37,499 nt of DNA from a virus. Below the pieces are notes generated by a model. It was not told the DNA's origin. It made no database searches and worked only from the letters and a program-made list of their open reading frames with translations. How positions within the stretch are numbered: position 1 is the stretch's first letter; the number at the start of each line of letters is the position of its first letter. The DNA lies in the IMG/VR virus record IMGVR_UViG_3300045988_057146, positions 1 through 37,499 of that record. One strand, 5' to 3'. This document shows, in pieces, positions 1 through 8,961 of the stretch. A program made the position numbers and the translations under genes.

Positions 1-409
1 TCTTAATGATGATATTTGCATTTTGAACAGATAAATCTAAACCACTGTTATTACCTAGTGTAATTGTGTAAGACGCTCCACAAGGTACTTGAATCAATGT
101 AGCTCCACTAACATTTCCATATGCACTTGCAGTAGCTACATTATATAGAGATTCTGTTCCTCCTACTGCTTCTCCATTCTGTTCTAACTCTAAAGAAGCA
201 ACTCCTACCGTTGCGCTTGTAATATCTGCCGTATATTCTACTTCATAAATTCCTTGTTTTGTCAACGTAAACAATCCACTACCTACATCATGGGCGAGCC
301 AACCTTTACAAGCGCATTGGCATGATTTCGTTCTTACTCTATCCGTTGGAAATAATACATTTTGTCCATTTTCTACTGTCTGTACTGCCGTTGCTATACT
401 ATTAATCAT
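1..409 (-). CDS. C1q/TNF-like (BclA C-terminal-domain-like) protein, partial; 3' end lies beyond the window
   Basis: ATG at 409-407 lies 9 nt after AGGAGG. The frame stays open to the window edge. The translation MINSIATAVQTVENGQNVLFPTDRV...GIYEVEYTADITSA...SYTITLGNNSG is beta-rich like BclA-C/C1q domains. The family call is from memory only. Confidence 0.45.
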   Translation of the reverse strand, partial: MINSIATAVQTVENGQNVLFPTDRVRTKSCQCACKGWLAHDVGSGLFTLTKQGIYEVEYTADITSATVGVASLELEQNGEAVGGTESLYNVATASAYGNVSGATLIQVPCGASYTITLGNNSGLDLSVQNANIIIK

Positions 410-423
410 TTTTCTTTTCCTCC

Positions 424-455
424 TATAAAATAAATGGGTAGCCTTTCGACTACCC
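424..455 (-). terminator. Rho-independent terminator candidate after the 203-aa gene
   Basis: GGGTAG/CTACCC 6-bp stem (436-441/450-455) followed on the minus strand by ATTTATTTTAT. Confidence 0.4.
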
Positions 456-490
456 TATAATCCAAAGGCTAATGCCTAATCTCTTTCGAG

Positions 491-1102
491 CTAGATTTGA
501 TTACATCCACAACCTGTCATATTGTATGCATAATAAGGTGAGCAAGTAAGATATGCAGGTTTTGGTGTTGGTTGCAATGTGTTAATGATATTAGCAGATT
601 GTGCCTGTTGACTTAATTGGAAGTTCGCAGTTAATAAATCTCTGTCTCTGTCTGCTAATTTATCACGCAATTCTTGCATTGTGTTAGCATTAATCAATGC
701 TCTTGTTGCTTCGCCTTCTGCATGAATTGCAGTGGTAATATCACACGTGTTTTTGAAACTTTGTGTGTTTACACCATCAATCGCTCTTTGCGTTGCACAA
801 CAACATTCTTGATTCTGTTGTCCTAGATTCTGTAAGCCTAATTGTGTAGTGTATCGGCTTTCTAAAATGTCTCTTGAATTTTGGAAACCTTGGCTAGATA
901 CATTCTGATTTGTGTTAATCAAATCACGTTTAATAAATTCTTGATTCATTAATTCGTCATTTTGCAAATTTCCATTGTTACCCCAATTTCCACCAAATAA
1001 TAAGAATAACAGGATAATCCAAATCCAATATCCTCCACCAAATTCATTGTTGTTTCTGTCTGCTAAATCGTACATTGGTTGAATACCATTCATGCTTTCC
1101 AT
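491..1102 (-). CDS. Hypothetical membrane-anchored, Cys-rich coiled-coil protein
   Basis: ATG lies 8 nt after AGGAGG. There is one N-terminal hydrophobic helix (YWIWIILLFLLFGG), a Q/N-rich central region, a CCC motif and a C-terminal CGC motif. No family recognised. Confidence 0.6.
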   Translation of the reverse strand: MESMNGIQPMYDLADRNNNEFGGGYWIWIILLFLLFGGNWGNNGNLQNDELMNQEFIKRDLINTNQNVSSQGFQNSRDILESRYTTQLGLQNLGQQNQECCCATQRAIDGVNTQSFKNTCDITTAIHAEGEATRALINANTMQELRDKLADRDRDLLTANFQLSQQAQSANIINTLQPTPKPAYLTCSPYYAYNMTGCGCNQI

Positions 1103-1126
1103 TTATATTTCCTCCTTTCAACGCAA

Positions 1127-1336
1127 TTAGCGTTTTAGCCCGTATTGACTAGCCACTGATTCAAATTGTTGTTTCTGTTGTGGCGTTAACTGCCCCATCA
1201 TATTATTCAATAATACTTGGGGATTTTGCCCACATTGCATTAATTGTTGTAATTGATTAAATGCTTGTGGATTTCTTTGTTGCAACATACCCAACAACAT
1301 TTGTTGAGGGTTCATCATATTCATTAAAGGATTCAC
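1127..1336 (-). CDS. Small Met/Gln/Asn-rich protein (69 aa)
   Basis: GTG start overlaps the upstream stop (GTGA), with AAAGGAG 8 nt upstream. The composition is low complexity with NPQ/QQ repeats. Confidence 0.5.
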   Translation of the reverse strand: MNPLMNMMNPQQMLLGMLQQRNPQAFNQLQQLMQCGQNPQVLLNNMMGQLTPQQKQQFESVASQYGLKR

Positions 1337-1767
1337 GCTTTAAGCTCCTTTCTAGGCGTTTCTTTCTCTGCTCTTGCATTTATATTACTTCCGTTTTTTA
1401 GGCCTAATATCATAGCTTCTAGCTTGTCTAAGCGTTGTTCTATGTTGTCCTTCTTTGGCTCTGTTTCTTCTTGGAATCTGTATTTCTTGAAACTGCCGTC
1501 TAATGATTTCATGTAGAATACTGAATCATTTCTATCCAGCATAATACTAGGCAAACCATTCACCATCATATTCCTTGCTTCTTGTTCATTATTGACCCAC
1601 TTACCATTGAAATCGTTTAATGCCATGTTAGGCGTGATTTGGTTGTTAATATTAATAGGTGGAATATTTGCTAGTTGTTGAATGTTCTGCAACTGCGATT
1701 CAATCATCTGCTTTTGGTTCATTAAATTGTTAATTCTGTCATTGATTGGATTGTACATTTCGCTCAC
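1333..1767 (-). CDS. Hypothetical protein (start GTG 1767 or ATG 1758)
   Basis: First gene after a terminator. A perfect TATAAT lies at 1788-1783 (minus strand), and AAAGAGGTGA precedes the ATG at 1758. Confidence 0.55.
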   Translation of the reverse strand: MSEMYNPINDRINNLMNQKQMIESQLQNIQQLANIPPININNQITPNMALNDFNGKWVNNEQEARNMMVNGLPSIMLDRNDSVFYMKSLDGSFKKYRFQEETEPKKDNIEQRLDKLEAMILGLKNGSNINARAEKETPRKELKA

Positions 1768-1835
1768 CTCTTTACACTCCTAATTATATTCATATGCAAT
1801 CTCAGTTTGTTTTCACATTAATGTCAAATAAATAC

Positions 1836-1860
1836 CAAAAAAAGAGGTCTTTCAACCTCT
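1836..1860 (-). terminator. Rho-independent terminator after the sigma-like gene
   Basis: AGAGGT/ACCTCT stem (1843-1848/1855-1860) followed by a T7 run on the minus strand. It overlaps the stop codon. Confidence 0.6.
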
Positions 1861-2126
1861 TAATTTTTATCTAAATACGTTTCTTTTTCACTGTTTTTTC
1901 TTGGTGGTAAAACTGCGCTATACTTCTCTACTTCATCATACTTGTTCTTAATCCTTTTAATGATTCTATTTACACTAGAAACACTCATATTCAATCTGTC
2001 GGCTTGTTCTCTAACTGTCCATCCGTATATCCTTGTTCTTAGAATCATTTCTTCATCTTTAGTTAATAAAGCTAGATTAATAAACTCTTCTAAAATAATC
2101 TTATTCCAAGGTACTTGATTCGTCAT
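1860..2126 (-). CDS. Small sigma-70 region-4-like / HTH DNA-binding protein
   Basis: 88 aa. LTKDEEMILRTRIYGWTVREQADRLNMSVSSVNRIIKRIKNK resembles a region-4 HTH. It overlaps the holin 3' end by 26 nt. Confidence 0.5.
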   Translation of the reverse strand: MTNQVPWNKIILEEFINLALLTKDEEMILRTRIYGWTVREQADRLNMSVSSVNRIIKRIKNKYDEVEKYSAVLPPRKNSEKETYLDKN

Positions 2127-2601
2127 CGTCTTCGTTAATGATTTTATCTGCTACTTCTAATCCTTTAGTTAATACATTAGGAACGCTATATCCACATTGT
2201 ACAAGGTTCTCAATAATGCTACGCACTTCATTAATACACAAAGAAGCCAATACGAACCAACCTAATAATGTGGTTACATGAAAATCAATTCCTAGCATTT
2301 TTCCAATCTCTACCAAGAATGCACTGAACGTGAACGCAACCACAATCATAATCCAATAGCCTAGCTTTTTTAGAACTCCAATCCATCCTTTATTGCTATT
2401 GATTTTATGATTAATCGCCGACTTCATACATCCCGTAACGTAATCCACTACATTCATAAATAAGAAGAATGCAAATAAATACCAATGTTCGCCTAATACG
2501 TATGTTAATACGGCAACGGCTACACCACCCATTGCATTCATCTTGTCTAGAAAATACATACTTCTTGTTATTTGTTTAAATCCTCCATTGTTCTTTTCTA
2601 T
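2101..2601 (-). CDS. Holin (phage_holin_4_1 / TcdE-like family)
   Basis: Multiple TM helices and the motif NVVDYVTGCMKS...KGWIGVLKKLGYW...NEVRSIIENL. The ORF-track GTG (2610) lies inside the AAGGAG SD. An ATA at 2601-2599 sits 8 nt after the SD and is used here as the start. Confidence 0.8.
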   Translation of the reverse strand: MEKNNGGFKQITRSMYFLDKMNAMGGVAVAVLTYVLGEHWYLFAFFLFMNVVDYVTGCMKSAINHKINSNKGWIGVLKKLGYWIMIVVAFTFSAFLVEIGKMLGIDFHVTTLLGWFVLASLCINEVRSIIENLVQCGYSVPNVLTKGLEVADKIINEDDDESSTLE

Positions 2602-2613
2602 TAAATTCACTCC

Positions 2614-3627
2614 TTACATGACTTTTAAATTATCAACTTCTAATTCTAAGGTTCTATATCCACTTTTAATGACTTCGAATATATTTCTAATTCTTGCCGT
2701 CATTACTAAACCAATTTCTGCGACAATCACATCCACCTTATCACCTAAATCATAATCAACCTTGTATTCGTATGAATCCGTATTCAATCCGAAATTCACA
2801 TTCTCTTTAATCTTACAATCTGCTAGTTTTTCAATTCCTTTTTGAATCAATACCTTCTTATATTCTTCAAGTGTTGTACCTTCTCCCATGCGCTCGGAAC
2901 GTGCGTCTACATACAACTTTTTGATTCTTTCATTCTTATTTGTTCTAGCATCATATTCAACGAAAATACGCTCTTCACCTTGTCCTTCACCACAAATGAT
3001 TGCATAATTCTTGTAATTACTAGAATCAATCATAACGTCCGGTTCTTCAACATTTCCGAACTCTGTTGAAAAGGTAACAAAATTGTTTCCGTCTGTATTG
3101 TTTTGAGTCAAATCACGACCTCGATACAACACAAATGTGAACGTACTTGATACATAGTCATATTCTATGCGGAAAGACAATTCTAACGGATATAACATCT
3201 CATAAAGCTTCTTATCAAGGCTTGCTCCTGTTTCTTGTACGTCTACGGTATCGGTAATGGATTCATCATATCTATACCCCATTTCCCATGAACAATACCT
3301 ATCTAATAATTTCTTTACGACATCAACAATCTTTCCACTACTTGAGAATGTAGGATAAATACAATCATCTGCTAGAATCTTTTCGAAAAAAGAACCTCTA
3401 AGAAGCATTTGCTTCGTGTTATTAGAAACGGAATAATGTGGTATTTCTACAATTCCTAACTCCTTATCCTCAGTTGAATAAATGTATGCAATATCACTTG
3501 AATACTGCCCTATATCAATATAAATCTCAAAATCTCCTGTCTCATAATATCGCCGATTCCACTGCACGTTATAAGGTGCTAGGTGTGTTACGATATTGAA
3601 ATCTTTATCTAATCCGAAATAAGACAT
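2614..3627 (-). CDS. Siphovirus Gp37-like tail/baseplate protein
   Basis: ATG start right after the Dit stop. The N-terminus MSYFGLDKDFNIV...YNVQWNRRYYETGDFEIYID is typical of the ReqiPepy6 Gp37-like family (from memory). Confidence 0.65.
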   Translation of the reverse strand: MSYFGLDKDFNIVTHLAPYNVQWNRRYYETGDFEIYIDIGQYSSDIAYIYSTEDKELGIVEIPHYSVSNNTKQMLLRGSFFEKILADDCIYPTFSSSGKIVDVVKKLLDRYCSWEMGYRYDESITDTVDVQETGASLDKKLYEMLYPLELSFRIEYDYVSSTFTFVLYRGRDLTQNNTDGNNFVTFSTEFGNVEEPDVMIDSSNYKNYAIICGEGQGEERIFVEYDARTNKNERIKKLYVDARSERMGEGTTLEEYKKVLIQKGIEKLADCKIKENVNFGLNTDSYEYKVDYDLGDKVDVIVAEIGLVMTARIRNIFEVIKSGYRTLELEVDNLKVM

Positions 3628-3628
3628 A

Positions 3629-4498
3629 CTATAAACCTAAATACCTTTCATTGTAATAAACCGTACAAGCTAGGTTCGTATCTCCATTGTCTGCCGTGTA
3701 TCCTATGATATTCTCGCCTAACTGAATCGTCATATCATTGAATGATGAAGTTCTGTCAACTTTTCCAATACAATTCACACCATTCTTTTTGATTGAAATA
3801 GGCTCAGAAACTAAATCAATTTCTAATACATCACCATTGTGTAGCGTATCTAATACACGAATATATTTATCTTTATTAAAGAGTTTCGGATTTGTTACAT
3901 CTCCAAACGCTTCAATAACGGCTCTGCAATATGTTTCTGTATCGCCTTGATTATCAATATAAATTTCTCTAGCGAATGTAAATGTTCCAAAGTTCACGCC
4001 TGTTTCCGGTATTTCAAAATTAAACGCTAAACCTCCACCAATTTCTGCAATATTCCTTGCGAAATCATCAAATGAAAGCAATAAAGGTTGTGTGCATAGA
4101 ATTGTAAAGTTAAGCTCTAATTCTTTGTAGATGTTAGCAGTTGGTAAGCTATACGCATATAATCTACCTCTGCAATATTTCTTTTCCCCCATATACTCAA
4201 CGATAACATCAAATAAATGAGAATATTGGAAGAAGCGCCGTAGCTTCTCCCTTTCTTCTCTTTTTTCTTCTAGTGAACCTTTAAAGATAGTTTTCACACT
4301 TCTTTCTTTCGTTGGAATACGTGAACCGATTAATCTAGCGCCATTTCCAAATGCATTGTCTTGTGTCGTGTATGAAGGCGCTACATAATCAAATCCATCT
4401 AGTCCATCACTAGATGGTATTCTCCATCTTTTGTTATCAATTTCAAATTCTTTGCCATCATCCCTTCGGACGATAACTCTTACTTTATTGATGTCTAT
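3629..4498 (-). CDS. Distal tail protein (Dit, Sipho_tail-like)
   Basis: The frame is open from 4552 with no ATG/GTG/TTG before 4297. The upstream 67 codons (IDINKVRVIVRRDDGKEFEIDNKRWRIPSSDGLDGF...) look like a genuine Dit N-terminus. ATA 4498-4496 overlaps the tape-measure TAG stop and lies 9 nt after GGAGG. Confidence 0.75.
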   Translation of the reverse strand: MDINKVRVIVRRDDGKEFEIDNKRWRIPSSDGLDGFDYVAPSYTTQDNAFGNGARLIGSRIPTKERSVKTIFKGSLEEKREEREKLRRFFQYSHLFDVIVEYMGEKKYCRGRLYAYSLPTANIYKELELNFTILCTQPLLLSFDDFARNIAEIGGGLAFNFEIPETGVNFGTFTFAREIYIDNQGDTETYCRAVIEAFGDVTNPKLFNKDKYIRVLDTLHNGDVLEIDLVSEPISIKKNGVNCIGKVDRTSSFNDMTIQLGENIIGYTADNGDTNLACTVYYNERYLGL

Positions 4499-7074
4499 TG
4501 AATTACACCTCCATATCCATATCTTGCTTGCATTCTTAACATTCGAGCAATTTCATCCGGACTTTGAACTTTATTGTAGAAGTTGATTGTCTGTCCGTTG
4601 TTATTCGTTGTAACGCTAGGCATAATTTGGGCCATGTCTTTCGCTACGGCACGAATCCACGCTTTATTTCTTTCTAATGGCACGACTGCTTCTGCTCCAT
4701 TACCTTCCAACAAACCAATTTGACCGCGTTTCAATACACCACCACGTTCTAGTTTTGGAATCTTTCCAATGCTAACTCCGGGAATCTTATTGATGATACT
4801 GATTGCACCGTTAATGCCACCGATAACACCATTTACCATTCCTTTTACACTTCCAACTAATGAACTTACTGCTCCTTCAATTCCATTGAATACACCACCT
4901 ACAAATCCTTTTAAACCGCTCCATGCATTCTGTATTCCATGTAGAACATTTGAAACCTTATTTCCTACCTTATCCATCACGATTCTTATTTTTGACCACA
5001 CATCGTCAAATACATTTGAAATAGTATCTTTTACACCTGCGAAGCTAGAATCAATTATATCAATCACATTTTGTACAATATTTCCAACATTATCGAATAC
5101 ACCTTTGATAACATTCCATATGTTTTCAAATACGCTTGAAATTGACTGAAATAAACCACTTACAAATTGAATGATTGCAGATACTACTTCACTTATCTTG
5201 CTCCAAATATTTGTCGCAATAGTTACGATTAAAGACCAAATATTAGATATGATAGATGCAATGATTTGAACAATTGGCATGACAATAGACAATATTGTAG
5301 AAATTGCACTTCCAATATATGAAATTACCATACTAATAAACGAAATGATTCCACTTACAACACTTCCAACTATCGAAAGAATAGATGTGATTACAGGAAT
5401 TAATCCAACTATATTTGAAATCACCATCTTTATAATAGCTAGGATAGGTGGGCCTACTACGCTAAGAATTTTTTGAGCTTGGTTAACAATATTTTGAATT
5501 GCGTTACCGATTTTTCTTAGAATTTCTTTTGCGATAGGTTCAAGTGCAACTTTCATTTGCTCAATCGCTTTTTTTACTTCATCAAATGCAGGCTTTAAAA
5601 CTTTGGAAACTTGGTTAACGATATTTGTGATTCCACTTGTATCAATGCTACCAAATACACTTGAAATAACTTCACCAACTTTAGCAAACCCTTGTTGAAT
5701 ACCTTGTATAGCTAATGTAATTAATACAATGATACCGGAAAGAATAGGAGTAATAAGTTCGCCTATTGGAGTAAATGAATCAAGAAATGCACGCCCTAAG
5801 CCACTTAATGCGTTCTTTAAGCCACCATTTGCAATAGCTTTAACCTTATCCATTGTTCCGGCTACATTGTTATATTCATCACCTACAGATGATAAAGATG
5901 TAATAAACTTAAGGTTGAAATCTTCTCCCATTGTACCAAAAGCAATACTTGCTTTATTTAATGCTTCTTGTTGATTTGTTGTTTCCTTAATATCTTGGAC
6001 AATTGCGTCTTGCACATCTTTTTGTGTTGCGCCACCTTCTTTATATGCCTTAAAAACTTCTTTTGTCTTATCATTGAAACTATCTAACGCTCCTTCAATA
6101 GTTCCGTCTGACATTCGTGTAGTGATTTCATTTACTGCGTCTTGCATTTTATCAAGGTTATAAGAACCACCTTTTACACCATTTGTCATAGCTTGGAAAT
6201 ATTCTTTTGCCGAATATCCTGCTTGAGCAAATTTACCGGCATATTCTGCGATATTATCACCTAATTCTCCGGAATAATCTAAACCATTTTGTGCTCCTTT
6301 AGCCATAAGGTCGAAAGCTTCTTTAGAACTAATTCCAAACTGTTCCATTAATTGCTTTGCACCTCTTAATGTTTCGTTCTCGTCCATTCCATAAACGTCT
6401 CTTAATGTAATCAAATCCTCAGTAACATTCTTTAAATCAACATCACTTATTCCTTGCATTTGTTGCTTGACTCTGCCCATCATATCGGCTACATCTGAAA
6501 CATTTTCGCCAAAATTATTAGACCAAACATCACGAGCGATGTCTTTAAATTTATTCATTTCACCACTTGAAGCACCTGTTTGAGCTTGGAATTTAGCCAT
6601 AGCGTCATCTAATTCAGTAGCTTGGTTAACACCTGCCTTAATTGCTAATGCCATACCACCGATAGCTCCTGCTACGGCAGTAACGCCTACAACACCTCCC
6701 ACGCCTAATTCTGTTAGGGCATCAGTGATTGCAGTAGCTTCCGGACTGATATTCTGAATCTTTCCTAATAGTCCATCAAATCCACCTTGAATTGATTCTA
6801 AGGCACTGTTTCCGATTTGTTTAAATACATCAAACTTTGAACCTGTTTCTTGCGTTTCTGCTTGTGTATTCTTTTGCTCTTCGTTTAAATCTTTAAGTTT
6901 ATCTTTAATCTTTGGTGGTGCTTTTGAACCTTCAGAACCTAGCTTATCAATTGCTTTTGAAGTATCTTTGATAGCGTTTGTGGCTTCACTTGATACAACT
7001 TTTACCGATTTAATACCATTCTCAAGACCACTTGTATCAATTTTCGTCTCAAACTTTAATGTTCCGTCCGATAT
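4495..7074 (-). CDS. Tail tape measure protein
   Basis: Long helical and hydrophobic repeat protein in the canonical position. The frame is open up to the TGA at 7077-7075. The upstream 124 codons begin (ATA)SDGTLKFETKIDTSG, a typical tape-measure N-terminus. GGAGGTGG lies upstream. Confidence 0.85.
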   Translation of the reverse strand: MSDGTLKFETKIDTSGLENGIKSVKVVSSEATNAIKDTSKAIDKLGSEGSKAPPKIKDKLKDLNEEQKNTQAETQETGSKFDVFKQIGNSALESIQGGFDGLLGKIQNISPEATAITDALTELGVGGVVGVTAVAGAIGGMALAIKAGVNQATELDDAMAKFQAQTGASSGEMNKFKDIARDVWSNNFGENVSDVADMMGRVKQQMQGISDVDLKNVTEDLITLRDVYGMDENETLRGAKQLMEQFGISSKEAFDLMAKGAQNGLDYSGELGDNIAEYAGKFAQAGYSAKEYFQAMTNGVKGGSYNLDKMQDAVNEITTRMSDGTIEGALDSFNDKTKEVFKAYKEGGATQKDVQDAIVQDIKETTNQQEALNKASIAFGTMGEDFNLKFITSLSSVGDEYNNVAGTMDKVKAIANGGLKNALSGLGRAFLDSFTPIGELITPILSGIIVLITLAIQGIQQGFAKVGEVISSVFGSIDTSGITNIVNQVSKVLKPAFDEVKKAIEQMKVALEPIAKEILRKIGNAIQNIVNQAQKILSVVGPPILAIIKMVISNIVGLIPVITSILSIVGSVVSGIISFISMVISYIGSAISTILSIVMPIVQIIASIISNIWSLIVTIATNIWSKISEVVSAIIQFVSGLFQSISSVFENIWNVIKGVFDNVGNIVQNVIDIIDSSFAGVKDTISNVFDDVWSKIRIVMDKVGNKVSNVLHGIQNAWSGLKGFVGGVFNGIEGAVSSLVGSVKGMVNGVIGGINGAISIINKIPGVSIGKIPKLERGGVLKRGQIGLLEGNGAEAVVPLERNKAWIRAVAKDMAQIMPSVTTNNNGQTINFYNKVQSPDEIARMLRMQARYGYGGVIQ

Positions 7075-7094
7075 TCAATTTGCCACCTCCTTTT

Positions 7095-7658
7095 CTAAAC
7101 ATCAAAATATGAATCAAATTCATCTTTCATTTCTTGTTCCTCTATTGTTAATTCGATTGGGAAAGACCACGCTTCTTTTGCTCTTTGATATGCTTTATCT
7201 TGCGTATCATTCTTTGAAGGTTTTTCATAACCTCTAACGCTCTTTGCATATCCCCATAATGTAGAATCACCAACTATATTATTGGCTAGTGCTAAGAACT
7301 TATGCCAATGCATATCACATTCCGTCAAATCAATTCCGTAAAGTTGCATAAATGCCGAATAAATATATTCCCCATCTTGCACATAGTCTAAAGTCTTAAC
7401 ACCTGTAGAATCACTTCTAGGCGTACTAGAAGGATTATATAAGAATCGTTCTAACTCTTTTAAAATATGCCCGTCTACGATAGGTGGTTCATCTACGAAT
7501 AAATAAGAGCAATCTACTTCATCAATAACATGATTATTAAATCTTTCTAATTCTTCATAAAATCTTATCCATAACCGAAAATCTGTATTTAATAAAATAG
7601 GCTCGCCATCTAGCGATTGTATGCTATTTGGCAAGCCCTTTGTCCGTAAATCAATCAT
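7095..7658 (-). CDS. Phage Gp15-like tail assembly protein
   Basis: ATGA overlap with the upstream gene and a position immediately before the tape measure. The Gp15-like N-terminus is recognised from memory. Confidence 0.6.
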   Translation of the reverse strand: MIDLRTKGLPNSIQSLDGEPILLNTDFRLWIRFYEELERFNNHVIDEVDCSYLFVDEPPIVDGHILKELERFLYNPSSTPRSDSTGVKTLDYVQDGEYIYSAFMQLYGIDLTECDMHWHKFLALANNIVGDSTLWGYAKSVRGYEKPSKNDTQDKAYQRAKEAWSFPIELTIEEQEMKDEFDSYFDV

Positions 7659-8017
7659 TTATTTTCCGTAACCTTTGAAACTGCATTGCTTGCATCAATT
7701 AAGCTTTTGATTGCTTTATCGTTCATTAATGTTCTAGCTTTCTTCATTGCTTGTTCGTTTGTTCTTCTTGAATATTCTTCATCAATTAAATTCACAATAT
7801 ATAACACTTCCATTAAATCTACTTGTTCAATATCTACGCTACCTAACATGCTTTCAATCTGTTCATCTGTTAATACTGTTTTCAGATAGTCGAATTTAGC
7901 TCGATATGCTTCTTCATGTGTAGCATGAAATGCGTTACAAGTGTCCTCTGCTTTTAATACTTCAATTGTTTTGGGTGGGATTTCATACTGCTTTCCTTCA
8001 TACGTGATTCTATTCAT
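7655..8017 (-). CDS. Tail assembly chaperone
   Basis: 120-aa acidic protein between the major tail and tape-measure genes. AGAGG lies 6 nt before the ATG. Confidence 0.6.
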   Translation of the reverse strand: MNRITYEGKQYEIPPKTIEVLKAEDTCNAFHATHEEAYRAKFDYLKTVLTDEQIESMLGSVDIEQVDLMEVLYIVNLIDEEYSRRTNEQAMKKARTLMNDKAIKSLIDASNAVSKVTENK

Positions 8018-8035
8018 GATTTACCTCTTCTTTCT

Positions 8036-8542
8036 TTATACTTCTGATGTGCCTTCTGTAAATGTTACTTCTCCATCCGCTACCTTTGCAGTACCGACAC
8101 GAATATCACTTGCAAAGTTAATATTGAAGTTGATTTTTGAATCGACACCGCTCAACGTGTCAAAGATTAATTTAGCGTCAACTTCCCACGCCTTATATCC
8201 TTTTGTTTTGTCTCCATCAAACATAAATACAAGTAATGCCTTTGTATTTACTTCTTCGTTGTTTGGCACGGATTTCATCATTTTTTCGTAAATATATTCA
8301 AAATCATCTTCACCTTTAATCATTGTTAAATCTTGCGAAATCTGAGGTGAATAACTCTTTAACGATTCAGTTGGGTTCTTATCTGCGATAAAGTCATATG
8401 TTTCAGTTTCGCTATTAAATGCAATATCTAAAGTTGTAGACTTTTTAATTCGTTTGTAAGCTTCTCCCATTTGTAAGAACAATCCAATCATATACTTCTT
8501 GACTGTCTGTCCTGTATTAACTTCAGTTCCTGTAGTTGTTAT
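8036..8542 (-). CDS. Major tail protein
   Basis: The position and size fit. The frame is open 17 codons upstream of the ATG at 8491, back to a TAA. ATA 8542-8540 lies 8 nt after AAAGGAG. Confidence 0.65.
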   Translation of the reverse strand: MTTTGTEVNTGQTVKKYMIGLFLQMGEAYKRIKKSTTLDIAFNSETETYDFIADKNPTESLKSYSPQISQDLTMIKGEDDFEYIYEKMMKSVPNNEEVNTKALLVFMFDGDKTKGYKAWEVDAKLIFDTLSGVDSKINFNINFASDIRVGTAKVADGEVTFTEGTSEV

Positions 8543-8961
8543 TAATTAAGCTCCTTTCTGTATTTGATTTGAATAGTTAATGCATATACTGCTTGACTAT
8601 CTTCATTTGTGTATAGATATAAACCACTTGAAACGGAAACATCATCACAATATTTGCTTCCGTCTAGTTGTGGCAATTCTCCATTTAAATTCTTTTCGTC
8701 AATCCATACTCCCAATTCTTCTAAGAAGGAATTGTTGTCTTGCCTTTCAGATTCAATCTGTGTATTCCTACGTGCTAGAAACGTGTAGTATTCTGTACGC
8801 ATTTGAGAGCCGTCAATGTATGTATCTACAATTGCGTTAGGTTCTTTATACAACGCATAAGAGATAGCTTGTTGCGCTAAAACATCCGTTTCAATACGTT
8901 CATCTATCTGTATATTTCCATAGCCGTATAGCCATTGAATCAATGCTTTTGATACTGTCAT
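8542..8961 (-). CDS. Head-tail joining / tail completion protein (Minor_capsid_3-like)
   Basis: ATGA overlap with the upstream gene. The position is syntenic. Confidence 0.5.
   Translation of the reverse strand: MTVSKALIQWLYGYGNIQIDERIETDVLAQQAISYALYKEPNAIVDTYIDGSQMRTEYYTFLARRNTQIESERQDNNSFLEELGVWIDEKNLNGELPQLDGSKYCDDVSVSSGLYLYTNEDSQAVYALTIQIKYRKELN

Noticed and set aside
7072-7078. TTG 7078-7076 as the tape-measure start, combined with a programmed frameshift.
   Set aside because: That frame closes after 9 codons and no slippery motif is evident. The ATA explanation matches the pattern at the other genes. A 1-nt indel cannot be excluded without reads.
7640-7670. A canonical -1 programmed frameshift joining the two tail-chaperone ORFs (7655-8017 and 7095-7658).
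   Set aside because: No XXXYYYZ slippery heptamer is visible near the 3' end of the upstream ORF. The downstream ORF has its own ATG in an ATGA overlap and looks like an independent Gp15-family protein.
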